DNA from: Lingula anatina
Taxonomy: Eukaryota; Animalia; Brachiopoda
Assembly: GCA_051362555.1 (NCBI GenBank)
Contig: CM120647.1
Location: 1,798,001 to 1,862,000 of the forward strand
DNA length: 64,000 nt
Direction: 5' to 3'
The notes beneath the pieces were generated by a model. That model ran no database searches. It saw only the letters and a list, made by a program, of their open reading frames with translations, and had not been told where the DNA came from. Below, piece by piece: positions 1-13,716 of the stretch (position 1 is the first letter of the stretch; each line of letters starts with the position of its first letter). The position numbers and the translations under genes were made by a program.

Positions 1-1505
1 AAGGGGGGGGGGGGTAATAAAGCAATTAAAAGTAACAGTTAATTCATCAAAGGGTTACCTTGATGAGTAAGAATACCCCTCCTTTACCTGGAGATATACT
101 TTTAATAAAATATTTTTAATAAAATGTTCTATACTTTTGCCTCGAAAATTTATGTACTTGTACTCCATGAAAATAACTTGTTTAATTCCATTAATATTAT
201 ATATCCTTGAGTTGCATCATCACACTAAGAAATATTCAGAAAACGGATGAAAAGATTTGAACTTTATACTCTTTACTTTATATTTCTATATAAATATACA
301 TTCTTTGGGTTGTGGGGGGGGGGGGGGAATCGTCAGGGGGAAATTGTCCTGGGGGGGGAATTATTCGGATACCGGGTTGAATATTTACCAAGACAGAGTA
401 GTGTCCTCTTCTGATACACACTCCTACAATCACATCATATACTTGGAGGACTTTCTATATCACAAACAAAGAAAAAAATTAAAATAGAAGCAAGTGAAAT
501 TTAATTCAAATTAATCTATTAATTACAATTTTGGATAGGAAATAATTACTAACGGCATGCCACCATACCTATATTTCTATGGAAATTAAAAAAGTATTGA
601 GAATAATGTTCTTTTTTAACATAAATACAGAAGGTTAACTTTTAATAAACTTTTATTTATGTATTAATGAATTTCCAAAAGTTCTAGTAAATTTAAAGGT
701 GGCTAAAATAAAATCCAATGTTTTCATCACATTATTTGAGTTTTAGATTACAACACCAACCATAAGAGACAGTGCAATCACATTTGAACAAATTGCATAT
801 GGCTAACCTTAGAAAAGTAATTCATGTCTCCGTCATATATAATTCTTGACATTATATGAAGGCTCATATGGAATACCTGTTAAAAGAATCATTTTAATGA
901 GGGGAAACATCTTGGCAGCTGTAAAATTCATAATATTATATTATCATCTTATCATGCATGATGCTATGATATACAAAGACTGATATATACAACACATTCT
1001 TTTTTACAATTTTAATGTAACATTCAGAGCTTAAAGAGATAACTACTCTTTGTATGAGATTTATGCTTAATAATAAATAGATTTTAATCAATCACAGAAA
1101 TATAATAAACTCTATTTTTCCACTAAAATGTTATTTATCGCAATTAATCTGGAATCTGTGCTTTTCATCGAATTACGCGACCTCCATAGATGATTAGCCT
1201 TTGTAATAATGTCTTAAGAGACAAGCTTTAAAAAATCTGGACTAACTCTGAATATCGAAATGGATTTATTTACCATTGGTATGTAAGGGAAAACAGAAAA
1301 ATCCGTTTTCTGGTAAAAATAAGAAGTTTTTTTTTCCTTAATAAAAATTATTTTTTTCACAATAATAATAACAATGATGGTTGTTATTATTACTTGTATG
1401 ATTATTTTATATTTATTAATTTTAGCCAAATGTCATTGGTGATTTCGCATGTGACATTTAATTTTGTCATCTTATATTGTACCTGTACTTTGTTAGAACT
1501 CTTAC

Positions 1506-4500
1506 CTTCTTACCATTGGCACTTCTGCCACTGATAAGATCGAGATAACTGTCAATTACCTAAAACATAAAGCATGTTATATATCTCATTTTAAATAAAT
1601 CAAACAGCAGAAAGAGAAATACATGTGAGTATGTATGTACTATTAGAAACAAGGCAAATTCTGCAAGGCATTATTTAAGTCTATGTTTTAACATTAGATA
1701 TTCATAAGATTCTTTTATTTTACCTGTGCAACAAAACTGTTTACTTACTTCATCAGTAAGCATCCCATTTATAGATGAACTGCTATCGTATGTGATGGGA
1801 TGGGATTTATATTTTCCGAGTGTTCTGTTGGTTGACTCCATGTTGGAGTCTTTGTAAATGACAGAGTGTTTGATACTTTCCTCAAAGATGGTGTTCTTCA
1901 TGGAAGAGGGAGTTACAATATTGGATTTGGTAGAGTGAACAATATTGGATTTGTCGGTGCTTCTGTGGTTGGATTGGACAACAGGGCTGGTAGGCATATT
2001 AGATGATGTAGCTTTTGGAGCTTTTCTGCTAGAAAGCATGGCACTGGAGGTTAACACAATTGGCTCCTGACAGTTGAAGTTGTCCAACACTTGTTCCTCT
2101 TGGACAACATGGCAGTCAGCTGTGTCTCCTGAAAGAGCTAAGTTTATCCCATTTTGTCTTTTCATCATCTCTGCTTTATGCCCGACTCTTCCTGACTGTA
2201 CGCATCTTTTCCCTGGTGTAATAGGTAAATGTGATTGAACACATTCTTTGGCTTCAGATTTTGTGCCTGGCTTTTTCTTGAGTTGCAGTCGTCGCTTTTT
2301 GGCAGGACTAGGCCGTAAATCAACCCCACTTTCATTTGAAATTGACTCCTGTAACTTCTGAAGGATTGTTATCAACTTTTCATTTGTGTGGCGGATGGCT
2401 TCACCATCTGTAACTAAATAGGTTTTTGACTTAATTTGTGCTAAAAGATCATGGCACTTAGAAAGTTCTGTTTGTTTGGGGAATATTGGTGTTGGGATTT
2501 CTGGTGAATTAGAAGATGGCACATTTACATGCACTTCATAGTTACCGGGATCTGTGTTATTTGGTGTGATCTTCATCGATTTAAACAGGACCTCTTCATC
2601 TATAGTAAAAAACGGGGAGTTCCTGTAGTTGGCTGGTAGCTGGTCCCAGCTCACACCTTTAAAACATAATATACCAAACAAATGCTTGCATGGCAAGCCA
2701 TTTAATTGCCAGTCCTGGCAAGTACAAGATGGTGCAACCTCTCCAGATCCAAAAGTGAAAGTGTGCCAATATCCACGTTTGGTCTCACTTTGTATTTGAT
2801 ACCTGGCAGGACCAACCACAAAAATGGCTTCTTCCCTGTCCTCAAGATAGGATGCACTGGCTATTCTTCTCATACAATGTTTAGTAAAAAACTCTGGGCG
2901 ATTCTGTAGATAAGACGGAACTGTGGCATCATACTTCCTATAATATCCGGCATAGGTATTGTTCTTTTTTATGTATCTGAAAAATGAATTATATCTTTGA
3001 TTACATGTACATTTATATAAGTCAGAAGTAAAAATTGACATATTTTTAAGACAAGTAAATAATGCAGAATCATACATTGGACCTAGTGAATCTCTTTGAA
3101 AACTTTTGATTAACAGTTTTATATGCAACTTACTGTACTTATCAGTAGCTTTTGCACATTCTATTATACAGTATGAAAATCATAATGTTATAACATATCA
3201 AAATGATTTACATTAAAAATATTGGGAGTTGGGGCCGGCTGAAGGGCCGGGAAAAATTTTGGTAGTTAAGAGGGTGAACGTTGTTATTTGGTACAGTTTA
3301 GAACATTGATTCAGCAATTCAAAATACATGTGACCTTCGAATTGACCTTTGACCCACTTTTCGACATGAACCCCACATTACAAATTTGGAATAAACCTAT
3401 TTTTACCCACGATTTTGTTTTAAATGGTAATTTTCAACAAAATTGAGAACTTTTGTTTACTGCATTTTGAAGACCTTATCAAGCAGAACACTGGAAGTGG
3501 TGTCGCTATTTTTGCTTTTCCTTATGAATGTGCTTACTCCCCTTTTGGAAAAAGTCCTATAGGATCCTATAGGACTTTTTCGTTAGAGCCAGCTGGTGGT
3601 ACAATACCAGGTGGTATCGCCTCTCTGATCCTCTATAATGAGATATATAAGAATTTTTTGGGCCAATTATAAAAATCACAAATCATTTCCCTTGGAGTAT
3701 GATGAGTAAAATTAATGCCAGAGATAAATAAAAAAATTGGGTTTGTAAAACTGCACTGGGATAAAAATTGTTTAAAAGGCGTTCGAAAGTTTAGAGTCTA
3801 ATGCTGCAAGGTCAAAAGGTTAAAAAGTGGCAAATGCTGGGTGAGAAGAGTCCTCCATGTTACTTTCAACCCTTTTCTCCATTCTGACCTTAAATATACA
3901 CTCAGCTTGGTGAGATTCTGTACAATCACCTTACTTTCAGTTTTGACAACATCTCTTAATTAGTTTCATACGATCTTCCCAGTAGCCCTGTTATATCAAA
4001 TTGTAATTCAATACGTCACAATACATTGGATCACATCCCTGTAAAAGTTGTTTTAAAGCGGCATAGTCTCATTTAAAGTACAGAGTGATCTTTAAAATTA
4101 CAGTCTTATAAATAAGCTCACCCTTCTTTGTATCTGTCTGGCAGAAAACGTTCAACAAGGACCTTCACCATGGTGCTGAGGCTGTTACGGTTGCACTGCC
4201 TAAGATAATTATATTTGAATGTCCTATTCTGCCTTTCTACACCGTTGTTTGTGTTAACAAAGGAAAGCAGTCTGTGTGCACGGAAAGCCTTTACCCATCT
4301 CTGTAAAAAGTAACATTTTACTTTATTATAAACACAGAATTGCTTAAATGCGTGCATTGTGTAGAAATTTTGAGAGCTCAAATTCATTAAAATTTGTATC
4401 CTGATATCTTTGGCATCTGTGAAATTACAAAACAGTTCAAACTGTGCGTTGCCTGCAGTCCTTCCCTATTTCTGTTCACCTTATGAACCCTAAGCCAGGT

Positions 4501-7343
4501 TCCTTCAAACCATTGCCTTAGCTTCTTGCTCTTGTCGTCCTGCCAGACAAGACTTCTCTTAAGGTCTGCAACTGCAGCGTGGTATTCGACTTCGGTTAGA
4601 GCTTGTGCAATTTTCCTGAATCGGGCTAAGATCTCTGCTCTTTTTTCAGACATGCCGTTTGATGATTTTCTAAGCCACCTTAGCCACGCTTGTTCACGAT
4701 GGAAATCACAAAGCAGCACGCTACATCCTGAAAATGAAAAATGCTTATTTAATTAAATTCATCAAATTTGTCACGACAGTTAAAAAAAGATAATGTTATA
4801 ATGCGTAATAATTGAATCAATACAAATGTAATATTCTTTCTTCGTCTTTATCATTCGACCCTGTTCTGAGGGGTCACCGCAGCGGTTTAACGTCTCCACC
4901 CACACCGTTGTGACGGGGACGGTTGTCCTTGGTATAGAAGTCCGGAGTCCTATGTGATTAGTACAGGTTAGGGTAGTTGGAGTAAAATCTTAAGGGAAAC
5001 GGAATACGGTTCCTAGCGGACTTCCTTTCCTTTAAAACCGGTCCCACGCATTGCCTCCCCCACTCCCAAATCTTGCATATCCTCCTTGATAGCGTATATA
5101 TTTTTTCCGGCCTCCCTCGTTTTCTCTTTTCTGGTAATTTTCCTTGCCAGCATTATTTGCCCCACATATGAATCAACAGAGATGTTATAGGCAAGCTAAA
5201 TTAATGAAACAAAACAAGTCGAGAAAAAAAAAACGTACCTGGAGGCACGGATTCGATTGCCTTTATTTCCTCGTCGCAGTTGTCTGTCATGGCGTTTTTG
5301 GGCTGCCAAATAGGATTCCAAGACTTGACCATAGCTAGAGCTTCTGAAATAGCTTCTGTGGTTTCGTCCTGTATCACAAATGACGCAACTACCTGGTAGT
5401 CTACATTGGTACGCACAACTAAGAAGAACAATGGCAAAGAATATTTTGTCACACGGTACGTGGCATCCAATAAGAATAGTTCATTCCCGTAAGTCGATAA
5501 AAGTCTTTTTTGCCATTTTGTTTGGTGAACGAACAGAAGTCTTTCTTCCGAAGTCTTCTGGTTGATAGTTATGTCGTCGGTGAAAGTGTCATCTGTGATG
5601 TTTGCGGTCTCGAAATCGATGTCTAACCTTTTTTTGTGGGGGCGAAAAAAGAAGCTGTCATCAGTATTGTCGTCTTTCCAGGATTCCAGGATTCTTCGAA
5701 AGTTCTCCTGATCTATCTTGGAAAATCGAAGTTTTATGAGCGCACGATACATGTGGCCTCGGATGTCTGCGATAGATGGATAAAACCTCCTATTCGATGT
5801 ATCTGGTCGCTGATCTCCATCCAGCTGAAAGGGATAACCCTTGACATATATTTCTATGTGACGTCTCAAAGCCAGCGTCCTAAAATATTAATAAATAAAT
5901 AATAAATGTTTGTATTACTGACGCCACCGCCAAAATAGATATTGCTAATAGCTGTATTTTATGCAACTACCAATGGAAGATGAACTGATTGCTGTTTTTC
6001 TTAATATCCTTAATCATTCGATCCGTAGGAAAATACATGCAAGCCTTTATGCAAAATACAAGTGCAATTGTCCAATTGTTTGAAGCGCCAGTAGTGGTAC
6101 AAAAATGCTTATTATACTACTTCAATCAAATTATTCAATTAGCCGTCTGTTGTCAACTGTAGATTTGAAAAAAAAAAAAAACAATACCGTGTTATAGTAT
6201 ATCTTCTAATGATAAACACTCAGATTTGACCTAACCTTTCCAACTGGATGGTTTGTATGCTCTGTTTCATCTGGAAGGTAGACGTATATACGCTTTTCGG
6301 CGACAACGTCCTTTCCATTCATTATATCATTTCTCAGTTTTGTGGATTGATTTCTGCGAGCATTCTTGGAATCAACCTCAATCTATGGTAAAATTTGGAA
6401 AGACAAGTTTAGAAAAATAAGCAGAAAATTATATTGCACAAAAAAGGCTACCGGTAATAATGTATTTAAATGTGCAACAAGTATAAGCTTCACAGCTCAG
6501 GTTCACACTTTGAAAATGCAGGGATGAGAAAAAAATTCAATTTAGCCCAAAATAAAATAAATTCAATAACAAAATGATAATCAAATAGAGCTGGCGTCCT
6601 AATTTGAGCTGTATGTCAAAATGTGTCTTATAAATCATTATTGTAAGTTAAAAAATAATTAGTAACACATTTTTCTTTGCATAATGTTTGTGATGGCGGT
6701 GCACAAAACAGATTTTTTGTCAATTTTGAGGCAACATTACATAACGGTAAAATTACCAATGTTTATTTATCTTCTATAAACAACAAGGGCATTTAAAACA
6801 ATTGATTACAATTCTACTTCATGACCGAGGGAGTTCCACACACACACAAATATATAACTTCCAGAAAAAAAAGACAATTACCTTGTACTCTGGAAATTTA
6901 ACTATTTCCAACAGTCGTATTTGCGCGTGGCAACTAAACTTCACTGTTACTTCGAAGTGTTGGTGTTTTGAATAAACAAAATCCGACTCCTGATCGTTTA
7001 TCTGAAAACGAAAATTAGTACTAGTAGGCTTTTGTCATTTGCCCCCCACCCCTTCCATACAACAAATCATATCCCTCATGAATATCAGACAAGGCTCTAA
7101 CACCAATGTTAACAAAATTAAAGCCCTATAATTTATATATTTTAGCAACCTTTTTAGCTTTAGCAGCAGCTAGTTTCACCTTAAGGGCTTTATTCCTGTC
7201 AGGCCGTGGCGACAATCTAAGATGAGTTCACTATAGGTCATAAAGGGAACCCCATCAAACTCTAGGCGTCCAAATGCAGTGTCTGTTCGTTGCTGCCATC
7301 TGATTTTTTTGTTTGAAACTTTCTGCACAGTCTTTGAAACAGT
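1506..7343 (-). pseudogene. Multi-exon Mutator (MULE)-type transposase gene: CaRF-like N-terminus, MULE DDE domain, SWIM zinc finger, start of Ulp1/C48-like domain; frameshifted
   Basis: GT-AG exons at about 7343-7150, 7001-6882, ~6384-6235, 5879-5239, 4727-4480, 4300-4122, 2976-1749, 1559-1506. Motifs: FDGVPF..LDCRHG, CHAQIRLLEIVKFPEYK, LLDATY, MTDNC, LLCDFHREQAW, NTNNGVE, SWIM CTCQDWQLNGLPCKH, LTDEVIDSYL. Frameshifts near 7203 and 5868. A possible further exon YDVIVGVCIRRGHYSVL lies at ~385-445. Confidence 0.8.
4835..5175 (-). mobile_element. 3' fragment of an RTE-clade LINE inside a MULE intron
   Basis: Minus strand gives (with slips) YVGQIML..PEKRKRGRP..IKEDMQDLGV and later RRLNRCGDP-like sequence before a purine-rich tail, typical of RTE C-termini; interrupted in the middle. 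Confidence 0.55.
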
Positions 7344-7577
7344 CTGCAATATAAAGATATGAAAGATTATGGTGTTCGTTTTAGACAAATACTTATTTTA
7401 CAAATTGCACCATTCGTAATATGTTTTCATCAAACCGTTCTCCTAAATCAAATGTAAAGCAAAAGAAAAGATTATTAAAGATTAGAAGAAAAAATGTGGT
7501 ATGTGGTAATATGATTATTACAAAATCCACGGATACAATCTACTAACTTTGAATGTGACAAGACGAATTCTTTATAA

Positions 7578-7848
7578 CAGTGGCGGATTTAGATGGGTGG
7601 GGGGGGGGGGGGGGGTCAGGGCTCCTGACCCCCTTCGATTTCTGGTCCCCTCTTGAAATTAGAATTTTGACTAGCTGAATTATAACTCTAAACCGTAGAA
7701 AATGGCACCGCTCGCCCTCTAAAATACCAAAAGTTTTGGGGATCTTCATCGGGTCCCAAACCCCACGTCAAGGGAGGTGGGGGGGGGGGGGGGGGGATGT
7801 CGGCTTCGCAACCGTTTACCCCTTCAAATAATCCTGGATCCGCCCCTG
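7578..7848. mobile_element. hAT-like MITE (CAGTGGCGGAT...ATCCGCCCCTG)
   Basis: Imperfect TIRs. Related copies or halves at 10684-10778, 11175-11279 and 31908-32127. Confidence 0.65.
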
Positions 7849-8684
7849 TTATGGCAAAATCGTCGTTTACAACGTGATAATCCGTTTTATGTCATTTGTT
7901 TTGTTTAGTTTATTAGGCCACCTGCAAAATGTTTTGTCCCAAATCATTTAAAGAGGGTATAGTTGTAGTTGAAATAAGTTTAATGTTGCTTTCATCCATT
8001 TGTTTACTTTATTATATCTGCCTACTAGATTAACATTTTAAAGAAATTGAATTTTTAAAAACTTGCTCGTTACGTGTATTACATGATACTACAGTGTTTC
8101 AAGTGAGAGTGAAGGTTTGCCTGTTATTTACTTTATTATATAACGTTTATCTTTGGGATTCTTGGAGATGGTGCGGTCTGGCTTCAGGTGTATTATACAG
8201 GCTACCAGAGGCGTACATGTGCATGCTAGCTCTAAACCATAATATTAAAGGTAAAAATACTACGGAACATTTAGAAGTAAACTGCATAAATAAAATCGTT
8301 ATAGCAGTGTTATTGAAAGTATATAATACCCTTAACACACGCCAAAACTTTATGGAAATTGCCGAAGGTTAGAAAATGCCCTCAAAATATACCTTAAAAC
8401 AGTTATCATCAAATTCTGAGTACGACTACTATATTTCCACTGCCACCTGTCAGTTGTCAATAGAACGTTGTACTTATGAGATGAAGAAAACGTGAAACGG
8501 AGACTTAGGGTGATTTCCTATTCCCTACCATTTAGATTACAATTTATAGGTATTAAATGTGAATATTTTAGATCTAATGCCACTTTTATTTCTTATCAAT
8601 ATGTTTTTCTATGTGAAAGGTATGTTACGTCTAGTTGTAATATCAAAATAAGTAATAGTCATATGCCAAATGGGTTTCTGCCAG

Positions 8685-8862
8685 CAGGCCCTGAGGGGGG
8701 TGGGGGTTCGGGCGGTTCGAAAGAACCGCCCCTTTTGCTGGGAAAAGGTCCTATCTGGGTAAAATGTGGTCTAGGTACATGAGGTTTTTATGGAAAAAGG
8801 TCCACTTTTTCAAAAAAAAAAAAAAAAGAACCCCCCTTTTGAAATTGCTGGCTACGGGCCTG
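8685..8862. mobile_element. hAT-like MITE (CAGGCCC...GGGCCTG)
   Basis: TIRs present; a homologous copy sits at 13516-13682. Confidence 0.6.
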
Positions 8863-9199
8863 GCCAGCGTCATAGGACAAAATTAAGGGTATAATTAAAG
8901 ACCTTTTGATAAAGATGAGCGCTGTTTGTTCATATTTACTATCACTGTATTGATGCGGGGAAGGAATGATGTGATGGAGTATCGGTGTGGGGGAGTAACA
9001 GTGCGAGGGAGTATCGACATGACCCCAAATTTTCAACAAAACACACACAAATATCCAATGCACTCAATACGAAAAAATAATAATATCCTGTAATTTAGAG
9101 TATACCATGCTCTCTCATTATCCAACTTATCATATTCTTCACATAATAAAAAATGTGTATCCGCCTTTAAAATTGTAAATTAAGAGAAATGCCTTGCCT

Positions 9200-9750
9200 T
9201 TTTCGTTTGGATGTTTTTTTTTCTTTTAGAATACATGTGTACCTTGATAATATCCCTATTAATCTTAGCATCCACAAAGAGAGATGGGGGGGGGGGGGGG
9301 AGAAACACGAATTAAATGTTAATATAAAAATGAACATCATTTAGTCAAAACTATGATGACGAAGAAAAGAGTAAATAATATTTATCAATTGAAATATTAT
9401 AATGATAGGTTCATTCGTAAGAATTATCATTTAGTACAACAGTCAGTTTTCTTTTTCTTTAGGCAGGGTTTTTCCTCTTTTTGAAATACACTTTAAAAAG
9501 TTTAAAAAACAATGTGTTATAATTAATGATCGTGTTTCGGGGGGTCTGTTTCGCACTTCTTGACACTATATGATAGTGTTTTTTCTTTTCTGTTTGAAAT
9601 ACTTTTAAAAATAGTTAAAAAAGAGGATGTAACAAGTCTTAACGAAACCGGGTTAGGGTTGTAGTGGTCTCGTTTTTTGTTTTTTTTTCAAATTTATTTC
9701 TGTCATACCAACTAATACAGTAGGAAAAATACATATACGCATAAATTCAA

Positions 9751-9786
<36 letters not shown>

Positions 9787-10450
9787 TTAAATGAAAATAT
9801 AAAATGCACATCTATTAGTCAAAATTACGCTGACAAATCAAAGAATAACAAAAACAGATAGGTCATGACATTAGGGTTATCATTTGGTATAAAAGCCAGG
9901 TGCCTTTTTCTTTTGCTGTTTTTTTTTTTTTTTCTGTTGAAATACATTTGAAACTCCTCTTAAACAATGTATGAAAAGAACTATTGGTTGTACATGTGTA
10001 ATGGAGGGGTGCACTTGTTGACACTTTAAGGATGTTTTTGCTTTTCAATTTGTAATACATTTAAAACTAGTTTTAAAAACAATGTATAAAATAAAATATG
10101 CAGGTTGGAGGGGGACAATGGAGGCCGTTGGTGGGGGGTTATTCTGTTTCGCACTTGTTGCCATTTTATTTTACCGTTTTTCTTTTCTGCTTGAAATACA
10201 TTTAAAAGTGAACAGGGTTTGGGTTGCAGTAGGCTCTCTCTCTCTCTCTCTCTCTCACACATGTGACACGCATACACTCGCGAGCACATACAGATTCACA
10301 CGAATGAAATGAAAATATCTAAATGATCTTTTAGTCAAAATTATGATAAACATAAAATAGATATAAATAAGAAATAACTATGATAGGCTGAAAATCACAG
10401 GAGTAAGGATTTCGATTTGGTGAAACAGTTAGATGCTTTTTTCTTTTGGT
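9200..10450. repeat. Degenerate ~0.5-kb tandem triplication with CT/CA microsatellites
   Basis: TTAGTCAAAA(C/T)TA recurs at ~9341, 9815 and 10331; TCTGTTTCGCACTT at ~9545 and 10143. Confidence 0.55.
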
Positions 10451-10931
10451 GGTTGCTTCTTTAAATTTGTAAAACTGGTTAAAATTCATCAAAAATGTTC
10501 GAGTGTGCAAAGACATTAACAGTCCAAAATGTAACAAATGTTCTAACTATAAACGTTCCATGAATGAAAATTAATACTGCCTTTGTGAATTAAAAGCTAA
10601 TGAATCAGTAGGCCTAACCAACTTCTGGACCTAGGAACTAAAATCTGAAAAAATCTAAAATAATCGGTCAATCAATACTGCAGCGGGCCCCGAACCCCAC
10701 GCCAAGTTGAGTAGGGGGGAGGGGGGCGGATTCGCATCCGCAGACCCCCCCTTTCAATTTATCGTGGATCCGCCCCTGAGCACTTCATGTACTACCCGGT
10801 ACTACTACTACTTCTACTAAAAAGGTATTTTGTGCATTTCTAACCCCTTCATTTTTTTTTAAACTTTCAATTGAATAATATTGATTGCGTAATATCCAGA
10901 CCAATCAGCACTGTCCTTTTACCATTTGCAG

Positions 10932-11040
10932 TTGATGGCCAATGGGGAGACTGGTGTTATTCAGAATGCAGCGCCACCTGTGGAGGAGGTCAGCGCACGC
11001 GCACTAGGCAGTGCAGCAACCCAGCTCCAGCCGGAAGTCG
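10932..11040 (+). pseudogene. Truncated TSP1 repeat exon (inverted relative to neighbours)
   Basis: Acceptor TTTGCAG, then (V)[35 protein letters not shown]; the rest of the domain and a donor are missing. Confidence 0.8.
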
Positions 11041-11475
11041 TATTCTAAGATGGGCTAGGGGATTTTGCCAATAGAGGGCTTCGTGTGATATAATTTATAA
11101 ATGCAGTTTTTGATTGTTTTATGTTAAAGAACTTCTCTGTAGGCATTTGGCAATTAAAATATTTGAAGACATTGTATATTTTAGAGGGCGAACGGTGGTA
11201 TTTTGTACGGTTTGTAACTATGATTCCGCTAGTCAAAATTTTAATTTCAAGAGGGGACCAGAAATCTAAATCCGCCACTTGGGTGTTTATACCTGACATT
11301 CAGTTACTAGGTACGATGACTATGACTTGAGACACTGTCTGCATTTGTAAATGTACTACATCTTACTAAGAAAAAAAGAAAAAAAATTAAAGACAAAAAG
11401 ACAGAAAGCAAGAAAGATATATAGAAAGAATGAAAGAAAAAGTGAAAATATTAAGAATCAAGACACAACATTTAC

Positions 11476-11652
11476 CTGGACAGTCTTGATTGTTGCACTT
11501 CTTTATGTCGTCAGTAGGTCCCACACATGGCTTGCCTGTACCAGCCTGAGAGGGATTGCTACATATCCTTGGCCTTATTTGAAAGCCCACACCACAACTG
11601 TCCGTGCACGCGCCATAGGCTGACCAATCGCCCCACTGGCCATCCACGAAAA
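11476..11652 (-). CDS. Complete TSP1 repeat exon (177 nt, phase 1-1) of a probably disrupted TSP1-repeat gene
   Basis: TTTCAG acceptor, [64 protein letters not shown] donor. Confidence 0.85.
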
Positions 11653-11912
11653 CTGAAATCGAATATCTGACCACTTGACTGGGTAGTTCGTGAAGTGTAT
11701 TTAATAGGAGAATTCATCCCAAAGTGATAGGCGATTCTTAGTGTCCTTTGAATTTTGGATTTTGCAGCAAGAGATGAGTTTGCGCATTCTATTCAAGAAC
11801 GTTTCATATTGCTTACTACAAGCTACCACCGGCAGGCTGGTGTGAATGTCATATAGAAGATACAAGCTTAAGAACATTTTACACTAAAATGAAATATACA
11901 AACTATACTAAC

Positions 11913-12040
11913 CAGGACACCTGCCAGTATTACATGACCGGACGTCCAGTCTCGCCAAGCACTTGTCACAACAATCTATCAAGGTCCTCGTTTGCTAGCC
12001 GCCTCCACTTTGAATGTCACAGGGACCCCACTCCGACCTC
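11913..12040 (-). pseudogene. Degenerate TSP1 exon with in-frame stop
   Basis: SEWGPCDIQSGGG*QTRTLIDCCDKCLARLDVRSCNTGRCP followed by a phase-1 GTTAGT donor; the 5' end abuts a repeat insertion. Confidence 0.65.
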
Positions 12041-12042
12041 TG

Positions 12043-12230
12043 ATTATTGATTATTGATTGATTATTGATCCTGATCACCACCAAAAACTTATCATCTGTT
12101 CCTTGGCCCACTTCTGACAGTTCCTGAAAATTTCATCAAAATCGGTCCATAACTTTTTCTGTAATGTTGCTAACAGACAGACAGACAGACTAACGGAACC
12201 AAAAACATAACCTCCTTGGCGGAGGTAATA
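12043..12230 (+). mobile_element. Helentron-associated non-autonomous element (HINE-like), 3' part
   Basis: (GACA)n microsatellite then AAAACATAACCTCCTTGGCGGAGGTAA with a stem-loop at 12210-12226. Confidence 0.65.
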
Positions 12231-13515
12231 AGATTACATTTTCAGGACCATGAGAGTTCAAATTCACACAAGGAAAATCCCAATATGTGAAAAATGATGA
12301 CAGTGCATAAAATAATATTACATAATGTTTAAAGACATAAACAATACTATTGCTTATGTGGCAGTACAGAAAATATACAGAGCTTCAGGCGGATGGGAGT
12401 TAAAAATCACATCTTGAAAATGCCAGTGTTTGAAAGAAATAAAAACAATAATAATAAAAAGAAAACATAACAAAAAATATTCCAATAAAGATGCTATTCA
12501 AACTTTTAATCTAGCCGCATTAACATGATATGAATAACCAACTAATAAGGCCCTGTTATTCATCTACAGCATAAATGTTCACATTACACATATTTTTTTT
12601 TTCTTTTGTAAACTTATTTCCAATATTAATCAACGTTTTCCTGCATAATTATCGCTGATTCCTAATTATGGGACACTGTTTATTTAGAATTTTACAAACT
12701 ATATCTGGCAGAGAGCTAAACCTGTGGGAGTTTACAGGGAAATATCAACATGTGTGTTTTATGTACAGTAGTAATAATAATTATGTTTCCGTTGTACGAC
12801 GTTTTAAAAAACGTCAGAAATGTTTTAATCCCTATCCTGTGAATAGAAGGGGGCGGACAAACAATGGAAAGCTGTCTAATCCCTTCAAAATTCGAACGCA
12901 AAAACACAATAGTTTAGGCGTAATAACGCACAATACCTTAGGCGAGTGAACCCCATGACGCCTGTTTCTGTGGTCCAGCGCGAGCGCGACAATCCGCTGT
13001 GACTAGGTGTAATTAACAGCAGGATACATCAGCCAGAAGGTGCCCATTGTTTGTTGCGGCGATAGGATTATAGCTTTAAGATGCTAGAACTCCCGTGGCC
13101 ACCTATCCTTTTGTTCACTAGCTTGGCACGCGCAGCTGATCATGTTTTAAGTGTTGCAAGAAAACTGCTAGTTTAATTTAGTATCAGTTATTTAATTCAA
13201 TATGAAGTGTTCTGTGGTCAAAAATTGAATTTGATAAACATGCATCAGCATCGTACATCAGCATGATCAACAAATCACCCCGTCTCAAAAAGTTTAAAGA
13301 TGCTCCGTACACAAATTTCCATCATCGCTACCTGTGTAAAAATAGATTACTGTTTAGAAATAACATAGAAAGAAACATTATTAAAACAATTTATTCACAT
13401 TACAAGCTGACGTGTTGCCTCAATTAAGCCTACATTAAGTTACATTTAATATAAAATGATAGAGCCGTAAAAGGATAATAACAGAAAGTCTTAATAAATA
13501 AATAAATGAATAAAC

Positions 13516-13682
13516 AGGCCCACAGCCAGGGGGAGATCGGGAGGTTCGAAAGACCTCCCCTTTTTGCTGAAAAAAGGTCCACTCTGGGTAAAATTTGACA
13601 TAAGAACATGGGGATTTTTCGGTAAAAGGTCCACTTATTCAGAAAAAGACCCCCCCCTTTGAAATTGCTGGCTACGGGCTTG
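13516..13682. mobile_element. hAT-like MITE inserted in an (AAAT)n tract
   Basis: CAGGCCCACAGCCAG...CTGGCTACGGGCTTG, homologous to 8685-8862; (AAAT)n on both sides. Confidence 0.6.
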
Positions 13683-13683
13683 A

Positions 13684-13716
<33 letters not shown>

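Noticed and set aside
3266-3959. Possible TTAA-flanked element with internal palindrome CCTATAGGATCCTATAGG
   Set aside because: No convincing TIR match; the left end resembles the common MITE interior. Probably repeat-derived but boundaries are unsupported.
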